From Bugula neritina (taxonomy: Eukaryota; Animalia; Bryozoa), in assembly GCA_964035545.1 (NCBI GenBank), contig OZ037765.1:16988995-17052994 (forward strand): DNA of 64,000 bases. The letters are read 5' to 3'. The translations under genes and the position numbers were made by a program. Positions 13,401 through 25,703 of this stretch are shown here, piece after piece; position 1 is the stretch's first letter; every line of letters begins with the position of its first letter. The notes under the pieces are model-generated. The model was given only the letters and a program-made list of their open reading frames with translations. It was not told the origin of the DNA and ran no database searches.

Positions 13401-15376
13401 TGCGGCCACCCTGATTGGATTGAGGGCTCTGTAGCAGCCTTCCTTCCAGAGGATGATTTTGCACCTAGAGAACACAGACGAAACCCTTGGAGAAGATCGT
13501 ACAGGTGAGTCATATTAGTTCTAAAAGGCATCGGTTTCCGCAGTTGTGTCATGTGGCTACATTTTTGCAACTAGCTTGTTTTTTGAGTAAATTAATTACA
13601 TGAGTCAAACATTATAGGTTGCGTTTATACCTTTGCTGAAAAAAGTACCGAGTTTAAGTTAATAATGCTTGTTCGGGTACCCCTTTATAGTCAAACTGAA
13701 ACTCGTTGAAATCATATTGATGCGGTTGCTCACTTTCTGAAATTGAAATTTGACTCGCATAATAGCTATTTGATGCCCTTTGTAAACGTCGTGAATTAGG
13801 GAAGCGGAAAGCATAAAAGCGATAATTGAGAAGGCGTAGGCTATATAATTATAACCGTATAAGTACGTTGTCTAATCACCAAAGTAATAACTAAATAACG
13901 ATGTTTACAAGGAGTTATTACTCCTATTCTAAAATTGGCCGATTAAGTTATCACAGTACGAAAGTTTCAACGAGTGGCTTTTACAATGCAATGCAACTCG
14001 GAGAAATTTCAACCCGGCCAAATTGAAATTTTGACCGAAAATCGTGAAGGTATAAACGCAACTTTAGACTTGAAGAATAAAATTAGGTTGAAAACCAAAA
14101 ATTTAGTAAAGGATTTAAAAAACTGTAGTCACAAGCAAAGCTTCAATGCTTTCATGTTATTTATGAAAATGGACACTAAAGTCATCCAGTAATAACCATA
14201 ATATAATAAACTATAAAACTATAATGAAGATATTACAGAGTATATTTCATAACCATATTCTGCTTTATTCAGCCGCTATCGAAAAGCTGTATGGGAAACA
14301 GAGCCTGATTATTGTGATGGAGTCAAGCAGACACCTCCTTTTGATAGTGGGCGGGTGCTCATCGACCTCATTGACCTTCACATATTTGACTTTATCCAAG
14401 GTGCCTATAGATTATTATACAATATTATTATGCATAACATATTGTTTTCTTTTGTCTGTTTCATTAGTGTAAAACTAATACATAGACTGTATTATAGTAT
14501 ATGCATGCATTATCTTTCTATTCAGCACATGTTACTTATAGTAGGTAGTTAGACTAACTTTTTCAAAATATTAATAAACAACATCATGTTATATTGCAGG
14601 CAATATGGATAGACACCATTATGAAGTATATGATTTTCCAGAAGACTGGAAAAATGACACAATACCAGTACTGCTAGACAATGGAAGAGGGTAAGTATAT
14701 GATGTTACAAATTTCTTTTGTGATTACAGAAATCAAATTCTAACAAACCTAAAATTTAAGGAACAAAGTTATGAAATTTTCTTAATCATTCTAATAGTAA
14801 CTAAAATTTATGCAAGTAACATCTGTGTTACCGTAGTATTATAATCTAAAACTTTACTTCATCTTATATATAAAAGCATTGAAATCAACATTGAGCAGCC
14901 TAATTTTTAAGATTTTTGCATTACTTGGAACATGTTGTTAGTAAGAAAGCAATTACTGGAGACATGCACCCCGTAGCGTCATGTATGAATCTTGAGAGCA
15001 ATTAGGTTGTACAGACAGAGAGTTTGGTGCTGTTTATGTGTTATATTGTGGCATAGACTCGATGAAATTAATAAAATTGTTTTAATGTTGCAGATGGGGA
15101 AAAATGTACAGAGATGAAATCAGCATATTAGTTCCTCTACAACAATGCTGTCAAGTCAGATACTCTACTTTACAGAAACTTATACTCTTTGATGAAGGTC
15201 CATATAAACTGAGTAAACTTCTAGATTATTCTACTTCCAAGGATCCGCTTTACCCAATTTTAGTAGGTGGGCACCTTCCAGCTGTTGACAGACGAGTTAA
15301 AATTATACTCAAAGAGCTACAGAAATGTATTTCAGATCACGGGTGGAAAAAAGTTGTCATAGACGATGGGTTCTAG
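10408..15376 (+). CDS. FAM20C: Extracellular/Golgi serine-threonine kinase, FAM20C-like (533 aa, 9 coding exons)
   Basis: Exons 10408-10680, 11080-11324, 11719-11852, 12361-12439, 12679-12771, 13229-13504, 14273-14400, 14600-14690 and 15094-15376 (1602 nt, in frame). N-terminal signal anchor; motifs [69 protein letters not shown]. The Glu in DYERH argues against pseudokinase FAM20A, and DNGRG argues against FAM20B. Confidence 0.93.
13525..14150. mobile_element. Probable non-autonomous DNA transposon in a FAM20C intron
   Basis: CpG-rich block unlike the flanking intron. Loose inverted ends (TCATGTGGCTACATTTTT vs reverse-complemented CTTGTGACTACAGTTTTT) and a repeated internal AAATTGAAATTTGAC-like motif. 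No clear TSD. Confidence 0.3.
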
Positions 15377-18160
15377 TGTTTAGCAGTTATTTGCAATGGC
15401 ATGGTGGGCAAAGTACTGACTCTTGTGTCAAATTGTCAGGAACTGCACAGAGCTGCATATGCTTCTAAATAACTTATTTTACAAAAATGAGGGTCAAAAG
15501 TTTTTTTAATGTATATATATTTAATTTTATATATATGTAAGAATGAGAAGTTTACTAAATCGTGCTTAGCTCATGTTGGCAGTTTTAGTTTTGTCTCTAA
15601 AGTAATATTTTATTTATATGATTCTTCGTTGACTAAAGGTAAATCTAGTCTTACTAAAGCTCTAGTCATTCCATTTCTCTTTTATGTCAAGCTAGATGAG
15701 AAAGTTGTCTAGTGAGCCATAATATAACTAGACTAATTGTTATTTTGTTGCTATTTTTATTTTTCTGTTCTAACGATAACATAGTGATATTTTTATAGAT
15801 CTGTGTTTTATTTTGCTATAAGCAGTGAGGTCTTGAATACTATGGCACAGGTTGTTAAGTTTACAATAAAACAAATCAGCTATTTATTGCTAAAATCTAC
15901 ATAAGATTGACTAGATACAGTGTCATATAGTTTATACTATTTTCATGAATAATGTATACAAGTTATTATGAACAAAAGAAACCACGTAGCTTACTATCAT
16001 ACCGATTTCGCAAGTATTTTGATGCAAATGCAGAGACTGAAGGCATACAGATTTTATGTCATAAATCATAAGCAAAACTTCATGCTAAAGCTTATTAATA
16101 GTATATATATATATATATTGAAAAAATGTAGTTTTAACTGTGATGTATAGGCAATTAATTAAGAAGGAAACAAATTCTAAATTCCAGTTTTATACAGGAA
16201 TTGAGGAAACAATTTTTTTGCAAAATTGGCATTGTTCATATTTTTGTCGACTAAAGTCATCATTATTTGTTAAAAGATAGTTTTGCCAAAACTTTCTATA
16301 GCTTTAAGTATTTATTAGCTGTATCATTTTATATACACATGCATTTAAAATATTTTTTTACTTCTGTTGGTATATATCTCTCTTCTCTCTTGCATCTTTT
16401 ATTTTGGGAAATACTATTTGGAGTAGAGAACTCTTTAAACTTTGTGTGCATGGAAAAGTTGTAAATTGTTAAAATATGAATATATTTAATGAAGGTAACT
16501 AAAAACATGAGAATGGCCTCTCGCTACGGAGAGTTCTTAAAACTGATGTAGGGAACTCTCTGTATGCTTTGCATCAAGCTAAAAGAAGGAAATCACTGAA
16601 AGAGCTGTGCTTTTATGGGACAAAATAATAGTGTCTGTTTAACAGGTTATATGATAAATCATTATTTTTTAGAAAACCATTATTTAATCATTTGATCCAA
16701 GTAAGCAAAAATTCAAATGGATGACTGTGTTGTACAGTATCAACAACTAAATTGAGAGCTTTTCTTCGAGTGTATTTGAAGCATTTGCTCAAACTCTATT
16801 GGGCCGGATCTTCACTGGCCTGACATTTATATGCATAGTGCTTAGATGCAGCACCTCTGATGAAGCACGAGCTATATAAACCCATTTAGCTTCAGTTCTT
16901 CAACTTCAGAGCAGGGTTTTCTAATGTAGACTGTGAGATTCCGTGAGAGTTGTGATCTGAATAATGCAATGAAAGTTCCAATTATTGGATTGCAGAAGTT
17001 TAGATCAAGAAGCATGACACTAATTGAAACTTTTTATGGGTTGTAGAGCACTCAACAAGCATATAGCTTTTGTTAAACTATAGCCCTAGCTACGACATCA
17101 CACACAGATCTATTTTTAACCTAATTGAAAGGACTCAGCATTAAATTATTTTGGAACTTAGTGCTTTGTATTCATGCATATACATACCCACAACTCCAAC
17201 TTAGTGAGAGCACTCAGTTTAAATATTTTGCTATAGACTATAGTCATATTGTTAAAACTACCTATTAACTTACTAAAAGTATAATAAAAAAGTGTAATAC
17301 TATGTTCAGTAAAGTTACATCTTAACAGAAACTAAGTTACAGATCATGCTAATGTTGTTAAACATTACAACATGGTTGGAGTAATGTGATACGACAACTC
17401 AATTTACTCAACCATTGTGAAACTAAAGGTACTGGCCAATCTAATAAGTATCAGTTTCTCAGCTCTATGTTACACAAGTAATATGATATTGTATGTAATT
17501 AATATTTATCAGAATTGATTGAAGGCTCAATTATTTACCAATAAAATGTTTTGAGCAGTTTACCTTATGCCTAATGCATTTAATCTTTTATTTTAATTTT
17601 GACATGCACAGTTACTTTTTGTTTTCCAAAATCAAATAATAAGATTTTCATGCATATGGTAATTATTAATAAAGTTATTTAAACACTCTAGTATTTGCTA
17701 TAGTTACAAAAAAGGTGGGCACAGGTCCTACTTTATACATAGTGAACTTTCTTACATGCTTGGATTGTTGAAAATTATTCTGCAAACGATAACACAAGCC
17801 TAGACAAAAGATGGTGTAAACATACTTGCATGTTTATAATTACAGAGTCAGTTACCAACTAGTAATAGTCTAGCTGTGTGCATAATATGATAGCAATTAA
17901 TTAAACTATTTGAACTCTTGACCAGAAAACCTTGGAAATTTGATTTAAACCTGGTAACTGTTTGACTGCTCAGCAACTCTAAATTGAAATTAGTATTTCA
18001 CTTAAAAATTAGAAAATCAGAAAGTTAAATACATGATACAAATTATTTAAATATATACAACAAATGACTTCTTAGGCAACAGAAAATGCACGTATTTGAT
18101 TATAGTGGTTTCTAGAACAAACTTTCATAATTTTAACAACTTGTTAGAAATCAGTTTTAT

Positions 18161-18876
18161 ATGTGCTAATAGTTGCACTAACGTGCCAAAAAGTGCCCAA
18201 ATGTGCTAAAATGTGCTAATAGGTGACCTAATGTGCTGAAAAGTGCCCAAATGTGCTGAAAAGTGCCCAGATTGGCTAAAATGGGCTAAATGTGCTAATA
18301 GTTGCACTAAAGTGCTGAAAAGTGCCCAAATGTGCCAAAAAGTGACTAAATGTGCTAATAGTTGCACTAATACGCTGAAAAGTACTGAAACGTGTTGAAA
18401 AGTGCTCATATGTGTTCAAATGGGCTAAAACGTGCTAAAATGTGCTAATAGGTGCCTTAATATGCTGAAAAGTGCTGAAAAGTGCTGAAAAGTGCTGAAA
18501 AATGCCCAACTGTGCTAAAAAGTGCTCAAATGTGCTAAAAAGTGCTCAAATGTGCTAAAATGGGCTAATTGTGCTAATAGTTGCACTATTGTGCTGAAAA
18601 GTGCTGAAACGTGTTAAAAAGTGCTCAAATGTGCTCAGAAGTGCCCACATGTACTAAAATGTGTTAAATGTGCTAATAGGTGCCCTAATTTGCTGAAAAA
18701 TGCCCAAATGTGCGAAAAAGTGCTCAAATGAGCTAAAATGGGCTAAATGTGCTAAAGATTTCACTAAGGTGCTGAAAAGTGCCCAAATGTGTTAAAATAG
18801 GCTCAATGCGCTAATAGTTGCACTAATGTTTTCAAAAGATGCCCAAATGTGCTAAATTGGGCTAAATGTGCTAATA
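18161..18876. repeat. Minisatellite with ~10-bp monomer (AAATGTGCTA / AAAAGTGCTG variants) and higher-order blocks
   Basis: Directly visible tandem array, e.g. (AAAAGTGCTG)n at 18467-18500, with recurring TGTGCTAATAGTTGCACTA and TGTGCTAATAGGTGNCYTAA blocks. Confidence 0.95.
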
Positions 18877-19429
18877 CTTTTGACACACTACCTATACATG
18901 TCACTATACTACAATAAATGCAATATATTGCTTTGGTATGTTTATCTGGTAAATAAGTTTCAAACTCATGTTAAGCAATAAATGCACACTACGATGTGCA
19001 CAATATGTGATTTTGTTTGAGTTTTTGTAAGTTGATTACCTAATAGAATAACAATCTGTCCTGATTGTACTTGGTCATTACCATGTAGAGTGCAGAGAAC
19101 ATACAATTTTGCATCAAATTGACATGCAAGCATATTATATTGTTTTAACCTTTTAATAAAACAACTGCCAGTTAACAGAGTTTTAAACAAAATAACTATA
19201 TAATTATGCATGAACAACATACTATGCATACAACAAACTACTGATCAAGCTTACTTGAAGTTGTCTTCTTCAACTAGACCCTATTTGCTGTACATTAAAC
19301 CATTGAAATTATAGTTATAGTTCATTGCATTCAACACTTATTCATAAAAAAATAAAAAAAACATGCCTGTTGTAAATGTAAATATTGCATTATTTATTTT
19401 ATTTAGACCAATTTAAAAATGAAAACCCT

Positions 19430-19625
19430 AATTTCTCAATTCGAAATAATCGATTGCACAAATAATACTTTAAATTTCGACTTCTCAAGTTGAATGCGGG
19501 ATGGTTTATTTATCGATATTTGTTATTTGCATTAACTTTTATGTTGGGAGTTCAACTAGTATTTCCATATTGGTATTCTAGTTCCCGTTTTAAGCATAGT
19601 CATAAACGTGGCTATAAATATGTAA
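19430..19625 (+). promoter_or_regulatory. Likely EBP2 promoter region with a DRE-like TATCGATA at 19511-19518
   Basis: Local CpG cluster in CpG-poor DNA and a TATCGATA palindrome. An acceptor-like TTGTCAG lies just before the EBP2 ATG, implying an upstream non-coding exon. The TSS position is inferred. Confidence 0.35.
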
Positions 19626-19669
19626 AATTTATTCAGTAATAGTAAAAATACAATAATTTTGTTTAGAGT

Positions 19670-20530
19670 GAATTATTACTATAACTTCTAACTTATACTT
19701 AACTTATACTTATAGTTATACTTATACTTAACTTATACTTATAGTTATACTTATACTTAACTTATATTTATAAGTTATAACTTATAACTATAAGTATAAC
19801 ATCACTATGTCTCAGTCTGAGTCTATAATCTATAACTTATAATTATGGAAATAGTATAAGTATAAGTAATTCAGTATAACTATAAGTATAAGTATAAACT
19901 AAGACTTAACTATAACTATAAGTATAACTTATAAGACAGACTCAAAAAGTGAAAGTATTATTATTTTAATTTACTCTTACTATTAGTATTAGTATTACTA
20001 TTAGTATTACTTTTAGTAAATGTAGTAGTATTACATTCATTATAACTATAAGTATAAGTAACTATTACGAAATAACTGTCACTAATACTATGTCTATAAA
20101 TATAAAACTAAGAGTAAGACTAAGTAGTAACTAATAGTAATAACTAATAAGTATTGGTTTATTAGTTATAAGTATAACTATAACTTATAAGTATAATATT
20201 AAACATAATATTAATATGTATATTATTCTTATAGTAAAGCTAAATGTAAATACTAAATAAAATAGTAAAATACTAAAACTAAAAGTAAGTCTAATACTAT
20301 TAGTAATTATTACTAATAGTAATAGTAATACTAATTATAATAGTATTATTAACAATAACTGTAATACTAATACTATTAATATTACTAATAGTCTTACTAA
20401 TAAGTAATAATACTAAGTCTAATACTAATAGTAATTTAATAGTTATAATCATACTAAGAGTTGTAGTAAAAAGTCAAACTTATAGTTATACTTATAGTAA
20501 TAGTTTAGGTTATACTGAATGGTATTACTG
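19670..20530. repeat. Hexamer-periodic AT-rich island (A[GC]TWWW)n
   Basis: Runs such as ACTTAT AGTTAT ACTTAT, AGTATA AGTATA and AGTATT AGTATT ACTATT, in both orientations. Confidence 0.85.
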
Positions 20531-20793
20531 TTAGTATTACCATAACATTTATAACAGTTATTATCTGCACTGTAGTTACACAAGTTTTTCGTAAAATATT
20601 GTTCAATTGTATTGTTGTTAGGGCAGATATGAGTTATGATCATTGACCAAATTTGATTTGTTTCTATTTGAAAGCTTTGCAAATTCATGAAAAGTAAATT
20701 CTGTTTTCATAAATATTTCACCATGATTAGTTAATTATGAGGATATGTTATTTCACGAGAATATCTTGCTATTTGTCAGTAGATACAGAGGCT

Positions 20794-23700
20794 ATGGCTA
20801 TAATGCAGGAACGAGTTGAATCCTCAGCGGAATCGGAATCTGAGGAAGAGTTATTGGATTCTGATGAAGAGGTATGTCACTGCTTATATGCATATAAACT
20901 CACATATGTCTTAAGGTCTTCATCCCTGTGGAAACCCCTGATGCTAAGGATTTGTTTCTATTGTGGTAAAAGGGCAATTATGACTGAATGCTCTCCCTAA
21001 CATGGCCTTTTATTAGGGATTGAACCACTCACCCTGTATTTACTAGGTTGGTGCTCTCACCACTAGGTGATGACTGCTCCTTACTGCTTATATATATATG
21101 TTTATTTCAAATAATCTGTTATATGTTTTTAACTAGAAATATTGTCTATGTTTTCTTGTGACATTTTAATTAATTTTATTAGAATTTATTGCAAAGTCAG
21201 CATTAATTTTATAAATACATTGTGAAAATGGCTGCCTTGCATTTTAAAAGTTACTATGATGTGTTTTTTTTCTTTTTAGTTGCAAAAAGCCTTTGCCAAA
21301 GGTCAATTGCAATCGGGCACATATAAAGAAATCACAAAAAAGGAAACTTTCATCAATGACGTAGTAAGTTTGTTGCTTAGTTGGCATATTATCTAGCTGT
21401 TGTATTGATTGGTGAGATTTAGGAAAGTAATTGTTTAGCTGAAATATGTACCGTATTTGTCTAGCTAATATGTTATCATGTATATATTCTATTATTTGTT
21501 AATGACAAATGATGTTACAGTTATGTAATAAAACAGTAAAGTATAAGTTTAGAGCTGATTTGTTTTGAGATAAAGAAATTATAATGTAAAATTATTCAAA
21601 GCTGTTACAATAATGCAAATAGTCTAATTTTGCAATCGTGCCTGCATAGAGACTATTATTTAACATTATAAAACATTATAAAGAAGTTGAATTTCTGCTG
21701 AAGTTCTATATACGGCAAAAGTGAGCCTTCAAATACACAACTCTCATGTCAATTTTAGTAAATTTGTGATACTTATAATATGACATTCGTCTTTGTTATC
21801 GTGAAGCTTCTAATTGTTCTCATATCAAATGAAATCGCATTATTCTAATTTTAAAGTGATCAAAATTAATTTACTCATAAACATCTCAGATCTTTGCAAG
21901 CAGCACCAATCTAGTAATGATTTTACATTGCTCGTTGTAGAGTGGTCTTGAAGCTAAACTCAAATCCATTGCTAAAACAGATCTTGCTTGGTTAGAGCGG
22001 TTAGACACAACCATATCTACAGCAGAAGAGATTGAAAATGAGGAGGAAAATAATGTTCATGATGACTTTAAAAGAGAATTGAAATTGTAAATAATAATTA
22101 TGCTATAATTTATTCCTTATTACTGAAATCTCACCCTTGTTTTTATACGGTATACCACATCTCCTTTCAGCGCTGTTTACAATTTTCCTATCTAGTGTTA
22201 TAATAATAACAAATATTGGGGCTACGTTTCAGTCTCTATTCTGTTGCCATGTTATTCTTATTTACAATAATCTTGATACATGTTACAAGTGTGTTGATGA
22301 TGTAACTGCATGTAAATTTAGTACACTAACTTGCCTTTTATATATATTATGGCTGTTGTCATGTCATATGGACTATCACGCAGGCTAGTGCATGCTCTAG
22401 TGTTCAGTTACAGACAAGCGGAACAATCTGTGAAGGAAGCCATCCCCAAGTTACACAGACTGAAGATACCTACTAAGAGACCTGAGGACTACTTTGCTCA
22501 GATGGTCAAGTCTGATGGTCACATGAAGCTGGTGAGCTCGTGCTATCTTAATTGTTGATTGAGGTTTACTTGTATGGCTTTTTCCTTCTACTGTACCTCA
22601 ATTCTAGTTCTAAATGCATTATTGATGCATATTATTTTATTCACGCTACTATTAAATAGAAGTGTATGGCTATGCATATTGTTTTGTCACACTGTCACTG
22701 CCTGCGGAAAGAATAACATGCTACAGCAGGTTTAAAAAAGTTGGCACTTCAAACCCCATTTATGTAATATTTATTGTTATTATATAATAACATGTACCTC
22801 GGCCATATGTCTTTTACCATGTATATAACAAATGCATGTTTTTGTATTGCAGGTGCGAGAAAAACTCCTCTCTAAAAGTTTAGCAACAGAGCGATCTGAG
22901 AAAGCCAGGAAGATGAGAGAACTAAAAAAGATGGGGAAGAAGGTTGCCTATGTCCAATAGCTTAGATGTTAATATTTTACTGCTATTCTTGCATAGTTGT
23001 AGCAGTTAGTAATTTTTTTACTCCCAAGTTTTATTGTGTTTTAAGCTGATTTTTTCTTAATAAGGTGCAAGTGGAAGTATTGAAATCAAGGCAGAAAGAT
23101 AAAAGAGAAATGTTGGAACAGGTGAAAAAGTATAGAAAGGGTTAGTATGTTTGCAGTGAATCTGATTGGTCGATGAGCTTTAAATATACGTTATTGCACA
23201 TACATGCTACATATATCTTATGAATAATTATGTGTTTTTCTACTCTCAGTAAACTAACATGGCATAAAAATAAGAAATGTGAATGTTTCTTGCTATTTCT
23301 TTTTGTGTCCCAAGAATTGGGAAGAACCATGGTTGTTGCCAAATGGCTTGATTCTCTTTGTTAGGTGAGGTAAAACTATATTGATAGGAGTTTCCTTCAT
23401 TATTTTCAAGTTTATTGCATTGTTTATAGGTCAGCAGGACAAACTTGACTTCTTGGAGGGTGATAAAACAACTTCTAAATCAACTGATGCCAGAAAGGGA
23501 AAGCAAAATCCTAAAGACATGAGGTGAACATTCATTTGAAGTGTTTTGTAATTTTTATAATATATGGAAAGTTTATGATGGCTATTTTGCCATGTGATAT
23601 TGATACATTCGCTTGAGTCATAAATTACTTGTTGGTGATTTATTCATTGTTGAATATATTTAGTGTAGACTGTAGAGTGTAGATGATACTACATGCACGT

Positions 23701-24247
23701 GCTATTCAACTCGTTATATGTTATTAACTTGGAGTTCCCTTGTAGATCAAATAAGAGACGTGAATGGAAAAATAAGAAGTTTGGTTTTGGTGGCCAGAAG
23801 AAACGAAGCAAAGGGAATACTAAAGACAGTTATAATGATTCAAGAGATTACAATGCAAGTAAAAACAGCAAAACTCCTAAGAAAGGTGTAAGCAAGGTAA
23901 AATAACATGTGGAATTTTTTATTGAAGTTACAGATTTCAGTTATTAGCAGCTGTAATGTTGAGACAGATCTGGGCATATTTCATACAAGTTGATTTTTAT
24001 CAAGGCAGGAAAGCCAAGCTTAGTGTTATACTCACTTCAACTGTAAAGCTGAAACTTTCACTTAACTGAGACGAGCTGTAAGCTGCAACCTATAAGCCGT
24101 AATGTATGCAACTGTATTGAGATGTCACATTCACACTCTATTCATAAAGTATTGTGGTACCGATTTTACTTTATGCAGGGACCGAAAGCAAAGAATGCTA
24201 GGCCAGGCAAGTCAAAACGGCAAAGCATGAAAGCCAGAAAAAATTAA
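20794..24247 (+). CDS. EBNA1BP2: rRNA-processing protein EBP2 (303 aa, 9 coding exons)
   Basis: Exons 20794-20871, 21280-21363, 21941-22086, 22408-22531, 22853-22942, 23065-23140, 23430-23523, 23746-23896 and 24179-24247 (912 nt, in frame). Motifs LQKAFAKG, LAWLERLD, DDFKRELKFYRQA, IPTKRPEDYFAQMVKSDGHM, KKFGFGGQKKRSK, RPGKSKR. AATAAA at 24347. Confidence 0.95.
20920..21082 (-). mobile_element. tRNA-derived SINE, degenerate copy in the first coding intron of EBP2
   Basis: Shares CAATTATGACTG..ATGCTCT.CCTAACA, GGCCTTT and GTGCTCT..CC..TAG with the copy at 29830-30040. Confidence 0.65.
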
Positions 24248-24617
24248 TGCTGTAATGGTGAACTGTATATATTTGTAATGCATTTTTTATAAATTATATT
24301 AATTTTTGTTACTTTTGAAAATAGGCCATTATGTATCCTATTTTCTAATAAATTGAAAATTGATGATTAACAAATGTTTGCAGTTTATAGCTTATTACTA
24401 ATATAATAGTAAAACTCAATATTTTACTCTAGCTCGTACAGCACTGTAATTGTAAATTACATACATATATAATATGTATTTGAAAATGCAAGTTTTCAGA
24501 TTTGTCATAAAAATGTTGCCATCATAGATATTAATAATGTTTGCCTTAGCCAAATGCCAAAAGCTACCTTATTTATTTCTATTTGTACTGGATTGTATTA
24601 TCTAAATATTATCGAAC

Positions 24618-25703
24618 TTATGACGCATCAGTGTTTATCCTTTTTGCTTCCTCTATTCTCCAGAAAGTCTCCATATATTTGGTCATTTCTGACATCTGTC
24701 TAGGGAAATTTAGTCGCCTGTCACCTCTATCCTTTTCTAGCTACAATCATATTATCACAAATAACATTACTATCGATTAATTTGGCTGATAGATCAATAT
24801 AAACAACATTTGTTTAGATTGTCATGAGTTTATACGTTGATATATATTAAATATTAACAAATGCTTTGATAAACTGTTTACCAGTGGTCTTGTCACCCAG
24901 CCAATTTCTTGTGCCTCAGTCTGAGGAGTTGTGAACTTTCTGGTTGGTTCTTGGTTAGCTCGTTCTATTATCTTTTTGAAATGCGGGTCTTCCTCACCAT
25001 CTTCACTGTCGTATTTAGAGTTTGGTTTCCCAGCAATAACATGTACTAAAAGTTGGAATTCCATTAAATGATTATATATATATATTATGAGTAGATGTTT
25101 ATTCAACAAATATTTGAAAAGTCTATGCATCAGGAATGATTGTAGCTATACTTATGAAAGTTTTTACCATGTTTATTTTAGTGGATAACATTTTGTTAAC
25201 TTGCATTTGTTGGGCTACAAGTTTGTTTCATTCAATGACGTATTAAAATATAAAGTAGTTAAAATGTTAGGAGTTTGTCAAATTCTGTATACCTATGGAA
25301 ATTATTTTATATTTCGAAAATATGTTATTAAGCATCCGTAATCTACACCAAATATTGAAAGATCTCTAAGCTTTTAAAATATTTCAATTACTTTAGCTAA
25401 TGTCAATGACAACATTGTAATTAATAGCCTGCTAGTAATTTACAAAAATATATTGGAATAATTTATCTTGTTTTGTTTGTTTAGCCGCATTGGAAACTGG
25501 GACAAACTAATACTTTACTATTTATAGAATATAAAATAGATTTAGCAGCATAAAAATAACTTACACGTTTTAAATGGATTAATACTGTAGTTTGTGTATA
25601 GCTTTTGAGTCCGATTCTCTTTTTCTACAGTCTCGCATAAAATAGCATTTTTGTGCACAAAGTTCATTGGCTCCTTTTCAGTTGTACCACCTTTTCCAGC
25701 CAT
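24618..25703 (-). CDS. CFAP144: Ciliary microtubule-associated protein FAM183/CFAP144 (141 aa, 3 exons)
   Basis: Exons 25703-25565, 25045-24882 and 24740-24618 (426 nt): MAGKGGTTEKEPMNFVHKNAILCETVEKENRTQKLYTNYSINPFKTLHVIAGKPNS...PTRKFTTPQTEAQEIGWVTRPLLEKDRGDRRLNFPRQMSEMTKY... Recognisably similar to FAM183A (KELRTQKL, NP, KP, QTENQEIGW). Confidence 0.9.

Noticed and set aside
18206-18409. Repetitive His/Phe-rich ORF on the minus strand
   Set aside because: It is a translation of the 10-bp satellite, with no splice context or homology.
18161-18876. CRISPR-like array
   Set aside because: There are no unique spacers, no cas genes, and the DNA is eukaryotic. It is a simple satellite.
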